DNA of 64,000 bases from a virus (lineage: Duplodnaviria > Caudoviricetes). Shown one piece after another: positions 20,247 through 30,863 of this stretch. Position numbers and translations under genes: made by a program. Location of the stretch: positions 253,723 to 317,722 of the IMG/VR virus record IMGVR_UViG_3300037780_000034; one strand, 5' to 3'. The first letter of the stretch is position 1; every line of letters begins with the position of its first letter. Below the pieces are notes generated by a model, which saw only the letters and a list, made by a program, of their open reading frames with translations, was not told the origin of the DNA and did not search any database.

Positions 20247-21479
20247 ATGCCATTAAACTTTCCGGCTAACCCATCTTTAAATGATTTTTATCAGTTTAAT
20301 GGTGCGAGTTATAAATGGAATGGAACAAAATGGGAAAATGCTTCTTTTAATAGTAATGCGGTGATTACAGAATTTACGGATTCTGTAAGCCAAAATTCTT
20401 CTACGATTTCCATAAATCCTTCTGTTCATAATTATTATAAAATAAACATTGATGGTGATATATCTATAGATTTACCATCATCTTCTCCATATAGTAGTTT
20501 TGTTATGGAATTAAATTATGCTCCTATATCTGCTGGATACAATTTAACAAACGCTAGTTATGACAATGCAAGCTTTAGTGTAACAGATCAAGATATACAG
20601 CCATTTGCGTTGTTTTTCAAATCTGATGGCTCTAAAATGTATATGGGAGGTGCTATCACGGACAGAATTTATCAATATACACTTTCAACTCCTTGGGACA
20701 TATCTACTACAAGTTATGATACCGTAAATTTTAGTGTTACTTCTCAAGTTAGCGTTCCTATTTCAATATTTTTTAAGCCAGACGGAACTAAATTATATGT
20801 GCTTGATATAGTCACAGACGCAATATTTCAATACACTCTTTCTACTCCTTGGGCAGTAAATACATCAAGCTATGACAATATAAGTTTTAGTATTGCGTCA
20901 CAAGAAACATCGCCATATGAATTCTTCTTTAAACCAGACGGAACCAAGATGTATATAATTGGAACAAGTAATGATACAGTTTATCAATATACACTTTCTA
21001 CTCCTTGGGATATATCTACTACAAGCTATGATACTGTAAGCTTTAGTATTTCAGCCCAAGATTCTATTCCAACTGGTATTTCTTTTAACCCAGATGGAAC
21101 TAAAATGTTTATTATGGGATTTTCAACTGATACTATTTATCAATATACTTTATCTACACCTTGGGAAGTTAACACAGCAACTTATGATACTGTAAGTTTT
21201 AGTGTTTCTGCTCAACAATCTGCTCCATATGTAATATTTTTTAAATCAGATGGAACTAAAATGTATATTAGTGGAGATACAGGAGATTTGGTTCATCAAT
21301 ATTCTACAGGTGGATCAGTTGCACCAACAATAACTTGGAGTAATAATATATTATGGGCAGGTGGATCAGCACCCACGATTGATTATGCATATGCTTCTAA
21401 TATACTCATAAATTTTACAACATACGATGGTTCAAATTGGGTTGCTAACATATTATCAACAGATTTAAGGAGTTCATAA
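20247..21479 (+). CDS. Virion protein with beta-propeller-type repeats (paralog A)
   Basis: Five ~50-aa F(K/N)(P/S)DG(T/S)K(M/L)(Y/F) units, four followed by YTLSTPW; N-terminal L.FP..P..Y.WNG.KW module. Confidence 0.7.
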   Translation: MPLNFPANPSLNDFYQFNGASYKWNGTKWENASFNSNAVITEFTDSVSQNSSTISINPSVHNYYKINIDGDISIDLPSSSPYSSFVMELNYAPISAGYNLTNASYDNASFSVTDQDIQPFALFFKSDGSKMYMGGAITDRIYQYTLSTPWDISTTSYDTVNFSVTSQVSVPISIFFKPDGTKLYVLDIVTDAIFQYTLSTPWAVNTSSYDNISFSIASQETSPYEFFFKPDGTKMYIIGTSNDTVYQYTLSTPWDISTTSYDTVSFSISAQDSIPTGISFNPDGTKMFIMGFSTDTIYQYTLSTPWEVNTATYDTVSFSVSAQQSAPYVIFFKSDGTKMYISGDTGDLVHQYSTGGSVAPTITWSNNILWAGGSAPTIDYAYASNILINFTTYDGSNWVANILSTDLRSS

Positions 21480-22729
21480 TGTCACTAATTTTTCCAAGTT
21501 CTCCGAATACAGGCGATACTCATATAACAAATGGGTCTGAATATATTTTTGATGGTGTTAAATGGAAACCAAATTTAGTCAAGTATGGATATAATGGAGT
21601 AATTGTTCCAAATATAAGTAATACTTCTACTATAGATTTAAGTAGTGGCAATTTTTTTAATTTAGATGTATCAGAACAAACTAATATTGTATTTTCAAAT
21701 CCGCCAAGTTCATTAAATGCTCAAAAGTTTTATGTAAAGTTGGGCGTAAGTTCTGGATACGAAGACATAGTTAATGTTGGGTTTGATTTAGAAAATGCAA
21801 GTTATGATAACGCAAGCTTTAGTGTTTCATCCCAAGAATCAGACCCTTATGACATTGTTTTTAAACCCGATGGAACAAAAATGTATATTATTGGTTTGAG
21901 TAATGATAGAGTATTTCAATATACTTTATCTACACCTTGGGACATATCTACTACAAGTTATGATAATGTAAGTTTTAGTATTTCCTCTCAAGAATCAATT
22001 CCTGTAGGTTTGTTTTTCAAAAGCGACGGAACAAAAATGTATGTATTGGGAGCAGTTTCAGCAAATATATATCAATACACCCTTTCTACTCCTTGGGATA
22101 TAGCTACAGCTAGTTATGATACCGTAAGTTTTAATGTTTCCGGCCAAGATGCATCACATAGAGGAATATTTTTTAAAAGTGATGGAACTAAAATGTATAC
22201 TAATGGGTTAGGAAATGACAACATATACCAATATACACTTTCAACTCCTTGGGATATATCTACGGCATCTTATGAGACTTTTAAAAGTGTAGGAAGTGAG
22301 GATGGGCAACCAATTGAGTTATTTTTCAGCACAGACGGAACAAAAATGCAAATTGTTGGACTCACAAACGATATAATATACTCATATACATTATCTACTC
22401 CTTGGGATGTTTCTACCGCAACATATGATGGAATATCAAATAGTCTTTCTATATCTGCACAAGAACCAAATACATATGGAATGTTTTTTGATACTGATGG
22501 TGCTAAAATGTATATTGTTGGATTTACCAATAAAACTGTATTTCAATATACAACTGGGGGAACATCTACTTCAAACACACCAGTTATAAGTTGGCCAAAT
22601 ACAGTTTTATGGGAAACTGGTTCATCACCAACATTGCCATCGTTAGGGCAGACAGATTTACTTGAATTTTATTCAGACAGCAATGGCACTATATATTATG
22701 GAAAACAATCAGAGGATAACATATCATAA
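21479..22729 (+). CDS. Virion protein with beta-propeller-type repeats (paralog B)
   Basis: Same architecture as 20247-21479. Confidence 0.7.
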   Translation: MSLIFPSSPNTGDTHITNGSEYIFDGVKWKPNLVKYGYNGVIVPNISNTSTIDLSSGNFFNLDVSEQTNIVFSNPPSSLNAQKFYVKLGVSSGYEDIVNVGFDLENASYDNASFSVSSQESDPYDIVFKPDGTKMYIIGLSNDRVFQYTLSTPWDISTTSYDNVSFSISSQESIPVGLFFKSDGTKMYVLGAVSANIYQYTLSTPWDIATASYDTVSFNVSGQDASHRGIFFKSDGTKMYTNGLGNDNIYQYTLSTPWDISTASYETFKSVGSEDGQPIELFFSTDGTKMQIVGLTNDIIYSYTLSTPWDVSTATYDGISNSLSISAQEPNTYGMFFDTDGAKMYIVGFTNKTVFQYTTGGTSTSNTPVISWPNTVLWETGSSPTLPSLGQTDLLEFYSDSNGTIYYGKQSEDNIS

Positions 22730-23148
22730 TGACAACATTTCCAACTTCTCCGAATATTGGAGACACATTTTCAGTTAACGGAATTACATATGAATGGGAT
22801 GGTATCAAATGGGATATTATATCTGGATCAATAATTTCTAATATAGTTCAGTCAAACAATGGTTCTGTAGATTTAAGCAAAGGCAAATTTCATAAGATAA
22901 CTATTGATGAAACAAACGCTAACACTACAGTAAGTTTTTCTAATATTCCAAGTGGAAGTTCACGATGGGTTACAAGAATTTTTATTGATATACCTGCACC
23001 AACAATAACTTGGCCAAACAACATAATTTGGGAACAAAATATACCACCAAGTTTATCATTAAACCAATCGCTACTTATTGAATTTTATACGAATGATGGT
23101 GGAACTACTATATATGGAATAGAACAATTTAACTATTCTTCTATATAA
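22729..23148 (+). CDS. Short paralog C lacking the propeller insert
   Basis: Keeps the N-terminal FPTSP.IGD..YEWDG.KW and C-terminal APTITW..W..LLIEF..DGG..YG modules only. Confidence 0.7.
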   Translation: MTTFPTSPNIGDTFSVNGITYEWDGIKWDIISGSIISNIVQSNNGSVDLSKGKFHKITIDETNANTTVSFSNIPSGSSRWVTRIFIDIPAPTITWPNNIIWEQNIPPSLSLNQSLLIEFYTNDGGTTIYGIEQFNYSSI

Positions 23149-23151
23149 ATA
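23144..23151 (+). promoter_or_regulatory. Late promoter TATAAATA
   Basis: Exact match 29 nt before the ATG at 23180. Confidence 0.7.
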
Positions 23152-23179
23152 CATATAATGACTAAACAGGAGATTTAAA

Positions 23180-23695
23180 ATGTTTGTAAAAACAGATAAT
23201 GAAAATAACATAGTAGCATATCCATATACTCTTGATATGTTCAGAGAAGAAAATAAAAATGTAAGTTTACCAAAATTTCTTAACAACAGATTTTTGGCAT
23301 CGCAAAATGTATTTCCAGTATATGATGCACCAAAACCAAATTATGATGTTGTAACTCAATTTATAATAAGAGAAGATACGCCAGCTTTTAATGAACAAGA
23401 TGGATGGATAATTAATTGGATTGTAAACGATAAAACACAAGATCAAATAGACAATGATACAAATGTAAAAGCAACCGAAGTTAGAAAAATACGTGATAAA
23501 TTATTGTCAGATTGTGATTGGGTTACTATTCGTGCAACTGATTTAGGAACTGCAGTTTCAGAAGATTGGGCCGCATATCGTCAATCATTGCGTGACGTAT
23601 CAAATCAAGAAACATTTCCTTGGAATGTAATTTGGCCAACTGACCCAACTGGATTTACATATGGTGAAATCACATCACCATTGGATAATTTATAA
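23180..23695 (+). CDS. Tail fibre assembly chaperone-like protein
   Basis: C-terminal RKIRDKLLSDCDW..WAAYRQSLRDV..FPWNVIWP motif. Confidence 0.75.
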   Translation: MFVKTDNENNIVAYPYTLDMFREENKNVSLPKFLNNRFLASQNVFPVYDAPKPNYDVVTQFIIREDTPAFNEQDGWIINWIVNDKTQDQIDNDTNVKATEVRKIRDKLLSDCDWVTIRATDLGTAVSEDWAAYRQSLRDVSNQETFPWNVIWPTDPTGFTYGEITSPLDNL

Positions 23696-23703
23696 TATAA
23701 ATA
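23696..23703 (+). promoter_or_regulatory. Late promoter TATAAATA
   Basis: Exact match immediately after the chaperone stop codon. Confidence 0.65.
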
Positions 23704-23716
23704 TATACATATATGG

Positions 23717-25075
23717 TTGGGAAATAAGATGAGTATACATTACGGAAAACGATTAACTGGTAATATTGCATATAACTATCAAAGAATATTAGATAAGAAA
23801 TATTCCGGCATAATCAATATACCCGTTACTCCATTTAATGTATACAGTGATGTTACTGCAACTACTATTGCTACATATGGACAGCCTGTTGCTGCTATAC
23901 GTGATCATAAAAATGCCATAGTTGCTACACAATCTACAATATCATCAAGACCTATATTTGGAAGACATCCTGAAGCTGGTATAAGAAATATTTTACTTTC
24001 AAACACAAGTGATATTACAGAAGGAGAAGGATGGAATTTTTCTTTTAGAATTACAAGACAAGATACTGTGGATACAGTAATAGGTGAACCTGCAACTATA
24101 GTGACTGCATCTGAAACCAATGTAAATGGCGGGGCATTAGTTTCTTCTCCTATAACCCTTGATGCTGGAACTTACACATTATCTGCGTATGTTTCTGGAA
24201 CAGGATGGATTAAAATTCGTTCAAGCGTTAATAGTGATTTTACTGACGCTGCTTTTGCTTGGTTTAATTTAGGAACAGGAGAGTTGGGCAATAGTGGTCG
24301 CGGAACTGGATTAGTATATACAAATAACACAAGTTCAATAACTCCTGTTGGAAATGGATATAGAATAAGTATAACATTTACTACAGGAGAAACAGCAAGC
24401 ATATCTAATAGATTTTATATAGTAGATGGAAATGGGTCTTTATCTGTAACACAGGGAGCAAGCTTTAAAATAGAAGCACCGCAACTTGAAGTTGGTTCTA
24501 TATCAAACTATCAAAAAAGAATTAGTGCATTTGATATTACTGAAAAATTCAACAGGTCTGCTTATTATCTATATGTTGATGGTGTAGATGATTTTATGAG
24601 TTTGCAAAATTCTTTTGCTCCTATAGCAGGATATACCATAGTGGCAGCGCACGATATGTATCCTGAACCAGAAAATATAACATTTGATAGCACAAAAGGT
24701 ATTATTTTTGGAAACGAAATAACTACACAAATTAAATTTTATCGTGGTAGTAGAACTAGAATTAATCTTGATCGCGTATCTGCAACAGAAAGAATAAGTG
24801 CACAAACCGATTCAATACCAGGAAAGGTAGTAGATTTTGTTTCTATTATAAGTGGAACTGAAAGAACATTTAGCAGAAATGGAAAATTAGTCACAAATTA
24901 TCCTGCATTGGATGGAACTGTTATCGGAATTGAATTTGATACGCTGTTTCGTTCAGCAAGCTTATACGGAGTCGGACGATTTTATGGCGGATTATTAATT
25001 CCATCTTCAGTAAATGAAGATGAAAGATTAATTTTACAAACGCAATATGGATTAAAATGCGGAATAGATTTATAA
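23717..25075 (+). CDS. Tail / receptor-binding protein with a carbohydrate-binding-like beta-sandwich
   Basis: RNILLSN..GTYTLSAYV..AWFNL..PQLEVG..LYVDGVDDF. The true start may be the ATG at 23729. Confidence 0.55.
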   Translation: MGNKMSIHYGKRLTGNIAYNYQRILDKKYSGIINIPVTPFNVYSDVTATTIATYGQPVAAIRDHKNAIVATQSTISSRPIFGRHPEAGIRNILLSNTSDITEGEGWNFSFRITRQDTVDTVIGEPATIVTASETNVNGGALVSSPITLDAGTYTLSAYVSGTGWIKIRSSVNSDFTDAAFAWFNLGTGELGNSGRGTGLVYTNNTSSITPVGNGYRISITFTTGETASISNRFYIVDGNGSLSVTQGASFKIEAPQLEVGSISNYQKRISAFDITEKFNRSAYYLYVDGVDDFMSLQNSFAPIAGYTIVAAHDMYPEPENITFDSTKGIIFGNEITTQIKFYRGSRTRINLDRVSATERISAQTDSIPGKVVDFVSIISGTERTFSRNGKLVTNYPALDGTVIGIEFDTLFRSASLYGVGRFYGGLLIPSSVNEDERLILQTQYGLKCGIDL

Positions 25076-25085
25076 AGGTTTAACT

Positions 25086-25496
25086 ATGAAAAGAGTATCT
25101 ATGATTGTTTCAAGTCAATATGTTGCAGAAGCAAGACAATTAGCAGTTTTATTAAAATTTACTGACATTCCTGAAAATATTTTTATAGCTGAACTTTCTG
25201 AAACTGGAAGTTATCCTGTAACTCATTATGGATTAAGCACACTATGGACTAGTGATGCAGCAAATGCACTTGTTCCAAAAGAATATGACACAGAAAATAA
25301 TACGGAAATTATTTTGCCATCAGATATAGATAAATTAATAGAAATATATAATTTACCAGTCAACATAAAAACACAATTAGAAACATTGATAAGTAATATT
25401 TCTATTATAGTTGATGATTTATCTATTGATCCGCAAAAACAATTTGAAAAAAATATGCAAATAGTTGGTGTAACACGAATTGCAAACATTGAATAA
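25086..25496 (+). CDS. Hypothetical protein
   Basis: 136 aa, in the operon after the fibre gene. Confidence 0.65.
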   Translation: MKRVSMIVSSQYVAEARQLAVLLKFTDIPENIFIAELSETGSYPVTHYGLSTLWTSDAANALVPKEYDTENNTEIILPSDIDKLIEIYNLPVNIKTQLETLISNISIIVDDLSIDPQKQFEKNMQIVGVTRIANIE

Positions 25497-25536
25497 ATAA
25501 TATAATAACACCATAAGAGGGGATAGTGGAACTGAA

Positions 25537-26523
25537 ATGGAAAACAAATTTAAAGTAAAAAATGGCGTAGAAACACAAAATGTAAAGTTTGTTTCTCCTG
25601 ATAAATTCTCAAACATAGAAACAAGTATGCTTGATAATGCTACATTAGAATTTAATGGCAGCGTAAATGGTAATTTGTTTTCAATAAAAGATTCATTTGA
25701 AGGGACTATATTTAGTGTAAACAACAGCGAAGGATTTCCATCTGTAGAAATAGATAATGATGGAACTATACTTTTAGCAGAATTAAACGGAAATGTAGGA
25801 GTTGGCGTAGATAATCCTACTGAAAAATTTGAAGTTTTAGGAACAGTTAAATCAACTAATATTGAAATTACTGGATTTTTAAAAGCAAATGGTGTTATAG
25901 GATCAAGTGGTCAAGTTTTAACAAGTGACGGTGAAAAGGCATTTTGGTCAACTGAAGTAGGTTTTACAGGTAGTCAAGGTATACAAGGTGATATAGGGTT
26001 TACAGGTAGTCAAGGATTGTCACAACAAACATTTATAAGTGATACTCCGCCATCACCAGCAGAAAATGGAGAACTATGGTTTGACACAACTGATACAACT
26101 CTAAACTTATATTATGACGATGGTGATAGTCAACAGTGGATTACAACAAGTGGTCCTCGTGGAGAACTTGGATATACAGGCAGTAAGGGAGATAATGGAG
26201 ACACAGGGGTAGTAATTGAACAAATAACAGAAGTAACAAGTTCAAGAACTTTAATTTTGTCAGATAGCAATGATATGGTGTTTGCAAACAGTTCATCCAA
26301 TTTAACACTTACAATACCAAATGATACTACAACAGATTTTCCAATTGCAACAACAATTCACTTTGCAAGAAATGGAACAGGAACAGTTACTATAGATAGT
26401 GAAGCTGGTGTTACTGTTAGAATAAGAAACGGATTTACAAATACATTGGCAGTTCAATATTCAATTGCAAGTGCTACAAAAGTTGCAGCAAATACTTGGT
26501 ATCTATATGGAGACTTGACATAA
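25537..26523 (+). CDS. Fibre-like structural protein with collagen-like GFTGS repeats
   Basis: GFTGSQGIQGDIGFTGSQG, GELWFDTTD, GELGYTGSKG; C-terminal LTIPND..FPI..WYLYGDL. Confidence 0.65.
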   Translation: MENKFKVKNGVETQNVKFVSPDKFSNIETSMLDNATLEFNGSVNGNLFSIKDSFEGTIFSVNNSEGFPSVEIDNDGTILLAELNGNVGVGVDNPTEKFEVLGTVKSTNIEITGFLKANGVIGSSGQVLTSDGEKAFWSTEVGFTGSQGIQGDIGFTGSQGLSQQTFISDTPPSPAENGELWFDTTDTTLNLYYDDGDSQQWITTSGPRGELGYTGSKGDNGDTGVVIEQITEVTSSRTLILSDSNDMVFANSSSNLTLTIPNDTTTDFPIATTIHFARNGTGTVTIDSEAGVTVRIRNGFTNTLAVQYSIASATKVAANTWYLYGDLT

Positions 26524-27317
26524 TGTTAATTAGTATGCCTTCTAATATAGGTAAAAAATGTAGAGCTACTGGGGGAACTGTTGGAACAGCTACTATAGGC
26601 GGACTTCAATATATAGTGCATACCTTTTTATCTTCTGCTACTTTTAATGCTTCAAAAAGAGGAAATGTAGATTCATTTATTATTAGTGGTGGTGGAGCAG
26701 GAGGATTTACTGATGGAACTTACGGTGGCGGTGGTGGCGGTGGTGGCGGAATATCCGAAAATTTAGATGTATTTGTAGCTACTTCAACAAATAGTATACT
26801 AGTTGGAGCAGGCGGAAATAGCAGAACAACACCAGGAAATGGATTTTTAGGAGGAACTTCTTCCGGGTTTGGAATTTCAGTCGGTGGGGGCGCTGGCGGA
26901 AAAGGCGGGACTACTGGTGGTAATGGATTGAGCGGGGCGTGTGGTAGTGGCGCTGGTGCTTCAGGTTCTACCGCAAGAACAGGAGGCACAGGTTTAATAG
27001 GTTTCAACGGCGGAAATACTATAGTTGCTGCAAACGGTGGTGGCGGCGGTGGCGGTGGAATGGGTTCTAATGGTTCAAACGGTGGTACTACTGCAGGTGG
27101 TTCAGGGGGCACTGGTATTTCTAAAAATTATGATGGAAGTAATAGAGGTTATTGCAGCGGGGGAGCAGGATCAAGGGGTCAAACCGTCAATACAAGCGGT
27201 TCAGATGCCACCAATGGATTAGGAAACGGCGGTGGAGCAGGCGGTGGCATTGCTGGACAAGGTGCAGTTTCCGGAAAAGGTGGGTCAGGTAGAATTGTAG
27301 TGAGGTATCTGTTATGA
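26523..27317 (+). CDS. Glycine-rich virion protein
   Basis: ATGG..YIVHTF..IISGGGAGG...GGSGRIVVRY glycine-rich domain; likely ATG at 26523 (ORF track starts at 26496). Confidence 0.65.
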   Translation: MLISMPSNIGKKCRATGGTVGTATIGGLQYIVHTFLSSATFNASKRGNVDSFIISGGGAGGFTDGTYGGGGGGGGGISENLDVFVATSTNSILVGAGGNSRTTPGNGFLGGTSSGFGISVGGGAGGKGGTTGGNGLSGACGSGAGASGSTARTGGTGLIGFNGGNTIVAANGGGGGGGGMGSNGSNGGTTAGGSGGTGISKNYDGSNRGYCSGGAGSRGQTVNTSGSDATNGLGNGGGAGGGIAGQGAVSGKGGSGRIVVRYLL

Positions 27318-27610
27318 TTTATCAAGCAAAAATAGAAGATGGCATAGTAACAAACGTAATAGTAGCTGAAGATGATTTTGCATCTACTTTAGAAGGGACT
27401 TGGATTAGTTGCACGCAAGAAACTCTGCCAGGAATAGGTTTCACCTACAATGAAATTGAAGGATTTAGACCCCAAAAGCCTTATGATAGTTGGATTTATA
27501 ACGAAAATATTTCAGATTGGGAAGCACCAGTTCCACATCCAAATGATGGAAATATTTATGAGTGGGATGAAGTAAATCTACTTTGGAAAATGATTTTTAT
27601 GAAAGTATAA
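27314..27610 (+). CDS. Small partner of the glycine-rich protein
   Basis: GIVTNVIVA..PGIGFTY..FRPQKPYDSW..WEAPVPHP..YEWDE; ATGA overlap with the upstream gene. Confidence 0.65.
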   Translation: MIYQAKIEDGIVTNVIVAEDDFASTLEGTWISCTQETLPGIGFTYNEIEGFRPQKPYDSWIYNENISDWEAPVPHPNDGNIYEWDEVNLLWKMIFMKV

Positions 27611-27627
27611 CAATACATAAAAAACTG

Positions 27628-27656
27628 TTGACATAACTATTGTTTTTTGCTATTAT
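27628..27656 (+). promoter_or_regulatory. Sigma70 promoter for the oxygenase/glycosyltransferase operon
   Basis: TTGACA-17-TATTAT with TG in the extended -10 position. Confidence 0.75.
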
Positions 27657-27678
27657 ATAAGAAAATTGGAGAACAATA

Positions 27679-28251
27679 ATGAAAGCATTGTGGCAAATGT
27701 GGCCGAATCATCTTAACGATGAAACTATAAATGATATTATTTCAGAATGTGGACAATATCCAGTTCAAGATGCAAAGCTTGGAATTAACAACAATGATGC
27801 AGACATTTCTTATCGTAGTAGTCAGATAAGATGGGTTCACGGTAATAACCCAAGTAGTAGATGGATTAAAGATTTAATATTCGATTTTGCACAAACAGCA
27901 AATAGAAATGCATTTGGATTTCATATTGATATGATTAACGATATTCAATATACAGAATATCACGGAACAAATGAAGGAAAATATGAATGGCATTTTGATA
28001 CATTCTGGGATTCAAACAATCCTTATGATAGAAAAATTTCAGTAGTAATACAATTAACTGATGGATTTAGTGATTATGAGGGTGGAGTTTTTCAAATTGA
28101 TCCACAGTTTCCACAACCAGATCAAAATTTACTTAGAACAAAAGGAACAGTATTTGTGTTTCCATCTTTTTTAAGTCATCGTGTTACTACAGTAACCAGT
28201 GGAACAAGAAAGTCTCTTGTTAGTTGGGTAGAAGGACCAAGTTTTAGATAA
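27679..28251 (+). CDS. 2OG-Fe(II) oxygenase (prolyl-hydroxylase / PKHD-like)
   Basis: YEWHFD (HxD), RKISVVIQL, YEGG, FPSFLSHRV (distal His), RKSLVSW. Confidence 0.9.
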   Translation: MKALWQMWPNHLNDETINDIISECGQYPVQDAKLGINNNDADISYRSSQIRWVHGNNPSSRWIKDLIFDFAQTANRNAFGFHIDMINDIQYTEYHGTNEGKYEWHFDTFWDSNNPYDRKISVVIQLTDGFSDYEGGVFQIDPQFPQPDQNLLRTKGTVFVFPSFLSHRVTTVTSGTRKSLVSWVEGPSFR

Positions 28252-30863
28252 TGAAAATAGCTATATGCGATAAAATAGGATTATGCTATGATGGTAACAC
28301 ACTATCAAAACGTGGACTGGGAGGTAGTGAATCTGCTGTCATATTAATGTCAAAAGAGCTAAACAAACTGGGATTTGACGTAACAGTTTTCAATAATTGT
28401 ATTGATGGAACTAATTCTAGTGAAGGTGTATATGATGGTGTTCGTTATATAGATAACACAAATGTCAACAATATTGATGAAGTATTTGATATAGTAATTG
28501 TCAGTAGAACAGCAGAACCTTTTTTATTCACAGAAAGATATCCCTTCATTGAAAAGGCAAAATTAAAGATATTATGGTTACACGACACTTTTTGTGAAAA
28601 AGATGAACACGTTCAGAATTTACTTTTGTCAAATAAAATAGACTATTTGTTTACTCTTAGTGATTTTCATACAAATTATATATTAAACTGTAACCACGGA
28701 CAAAGAAGAAATTTTGAAGTTTTAAAACATAAAGTATTTCAAACACGAAATGGAGCAGTTAAATATATTGATGAAGTTGACTTAACTAAAAAAGATAAAA
28801 ATCATTTTGTATATAATAGTAGTGCTACAAAAGGATTAGTTCCACTTGTAGAGGATGTTTGGCCAAAAATAAAAAAACATATTCCAAATGCAAAATTAAC
28901 TGTAATTGGTGGTTATTATAGGTTTAGAGAAAATGCAAAGCCGGATGAACAAGAAAAAACCATTAAGAACTTAATAAATGATGAAAAATTAAAAGAATTA
29001 GATATAACATTTACCGATGTAATACCACAGCCAAAGATAGCAGAGATATTAGCAAATGCAACATTTATGCTATATCCGGGTGCATTTCCAGAAACATTTG
29101 GAATTTCATCATTAGAATCTCTACTATACAATACTCCGATAATAACTACCAAGTTTGGTGCATTGGAAGAAACTGCAATAAGTGATGCGTGTTATACTAT
29201 AGATTTTGCTATAGAACCTAATTCTCTTTTTCCATATATTAACAAAGAAAAACAAATTGAAAAGTTTGTAAAATTAGTTATAGATGCTTACAATGATAGT
29301 TATATATTGCAACAAAAACAAAACTATTGTTCTGTTATAGATGACATATATGGTTGGGATGCAGTTGCATTAGAATGGAAAAGATTTTTATATAATAAAG
29401 TAGGATTATTTTTACCACTTGAAGAATATCGTGTTTCTCGTTTAATAACACAAAAAGTAAACAGAGTGTTTGGCAGAACTACAAATATGCCAAATTATAA
29501 AGAATATATAAGTTTTAATAGCCAACAAGCTATATTGATAATTTCTCCATTTTATAATGCACAAAATTATGTAAAACAATGTATTCAAAGTGTTGCACAA
29601 CAAGATTACGAAAATTATAAACATATTCTAATAGATGATAATTCTACTGACAATTCTTATGAAATCGCAAAGTCTACTATAGAAGCACTTGATCCAGAAT
29701 TAAGATCAAAATTTATTTTGTTAAAGAATAAACAAAATAATGGAGCAGTATATAATCAAATAAATGCTATAAAAAAATACGGAAGCGATGATGATATTGT
29801 TATGTTGCTGGATGGTGATGATTGGTTAATCAATAACAATACAGTATTTCATTTATATAATGATTATTATCATCACGGAACAGAATTTACTTATGGTAGT
29901 TGCTGGAGTTTGGTAGATAGTATACCACTAATTGCACAAGATTATCCAGAAAGTATAAAGAAAAATAAAAGTTATCGTGAGCATAAATTTAACTGGAATA
30001 TGCCATATACTCATCTTAGAACTTTTAAAAAATCATTATTGAATGATATACCGGAAAGCGAATTTAAAGACAGTGATGGAAACTGGTATCGTGCAGGCGG
30101 TGATGGTTCTGTATTTTACTCACTTATAGAAAAAGCTAATCCAGAAAATATAGTAGCAATAAAAGAAGTAATATATGTTTATAATGATGCAAACCCATTA
30201 AATGATTATAAAATAAATGGAAAAAAACAAAACGAAACTGCTGAAAAAATATTGAATAAAAATAAAGAAAAAACAATACTTATAGCAATACCAACTGCAA
30301 AGTATATTGAACCAGAAACATATAAATCAATATACGATTTAGAAGTTCCAGATGGATATAAAACTGAGTTTCAATATTTCTTCGGTTATACTATTTCACA
30401 GGTTCGTAATTTAATTAGTGAATGGGCTAAAAGATATGACTATTTATTGTCAGTAGATAGCGATATTGTATTACCAAAAGATACATTAACAAAGTTTTTA
30501 AAAGCAGATAAAGACATTATAAGTGGATTGTATATTCAAAGAATACCAAACACTCACACGTTGGAAATATATATGGATACTCCAAATGGAGGTCAAAAAA
30601 ATATACCATATGATTTAGTTAAAAATCGTGGTATAGTTGAAGTAGCAGGATGTGGAATGGGATGTGCACTTATAAAGAGTAAAGTTTTTCAAACTATTCC
30701 TTATCCTCACTTTGAATATCATTCTGCATTAAATCATAAAAATACGATAAGTGAAGATATTGATTTTTGTATGAAAGCAAGAAAAAAAGGTTTCAAGATA
30801 TGGGCTGATAGCAGTGTTATATGTGATCATATAGGAAACACAAAATTTATAGTAGATAAGTAA
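28251..30863 (+). CDS. Three-domain glycosyltransferase (GT-B/GT4-like plus two GT-A/GT2-like domains)
   Basis: GGSESA..ETFGISSLE (GT-B); SPFYNAQNYV..IDDNSTD..LDGDD (GT-A); IAIPT..VDSDIV..EDIDFC (GT-A). Confidence 0.85.
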   Translation: MKIAICDKIGLCYDGNTLSKRGLGGSESAVILMSKELNKLGFDVTVFNNCIDGTNSSEGVYDGVRYIDNTNVNNIDEVFDIVIVSRTAEPFLFTERYPFIEKAKLKILWLHDTFCEKDEHVQNLLLSNKIDYLFTLSDFHTNYILNCNHGQRRNFEVLKHKVFQTRNGAVKYIDEVDLTKKDKNHFVYNSSATKGLVPLVEDVWPKIKKHIPNAKLTVIGGYYRFRENAKPDEQEKTIKNLINDEKLKELDITFTDVIPQPKIAEILANATFMLYPGAFPETFGISSLESLLYNTPIITTKFGALEETAISDACYTIDFAIEPNSLFPYINKEKQIEKFVKLVIDAYNDSYILQQKQNYCSVIDDIYGWDAVALEWKRFLYNKVGLFLPLEEYRVSRLITQKVNRVFGRTTNMPNYKEYISFNSQQAILIISPFYNAQNYVKQCIQSVAQQDYENYKHILIDDNSTDNSYEIAKSTIEALDPELRSKFILLKNKQNNGAVYNQINAIKKYGSDDDIVMLLDGDDWLINNNTVFHLYNDYYHHGTEFTYGSCWSLVDSIPLIAQDYPESIKKNKSYREHKFNWNMPYTHLRTFKKSLLNDIPESEFKDSDGNWYRAGGDGSVFYSLIEKANPENIVAIKEVIYVYNDANPLNDYKINGKKQNETAEKILNKNKEKTILIAIPTAKYIEPETYKSIYDLEVPDGYKTEFQYFFGYTISQVRNLISEWAKRYDYLLSVDSDIVLPKDTLTKFLKADKDIISGLYIQRIPNTHTLEIYMDTPNGGQKNIPYDLVKNRGIVEVAGCGMGCALIKSKVFQTIPYPHFEYHSALNHKNTISEDIDFCMKARKKGFKIWADSSVICDHIGNTKFIVDK

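Noticed and set aside
26720-27222. Pro-rich minus-strand ORF and alternate-frame plus ORF
   Set aside because: Shadows of the glycine-rich gene (GGT/GGC runs).
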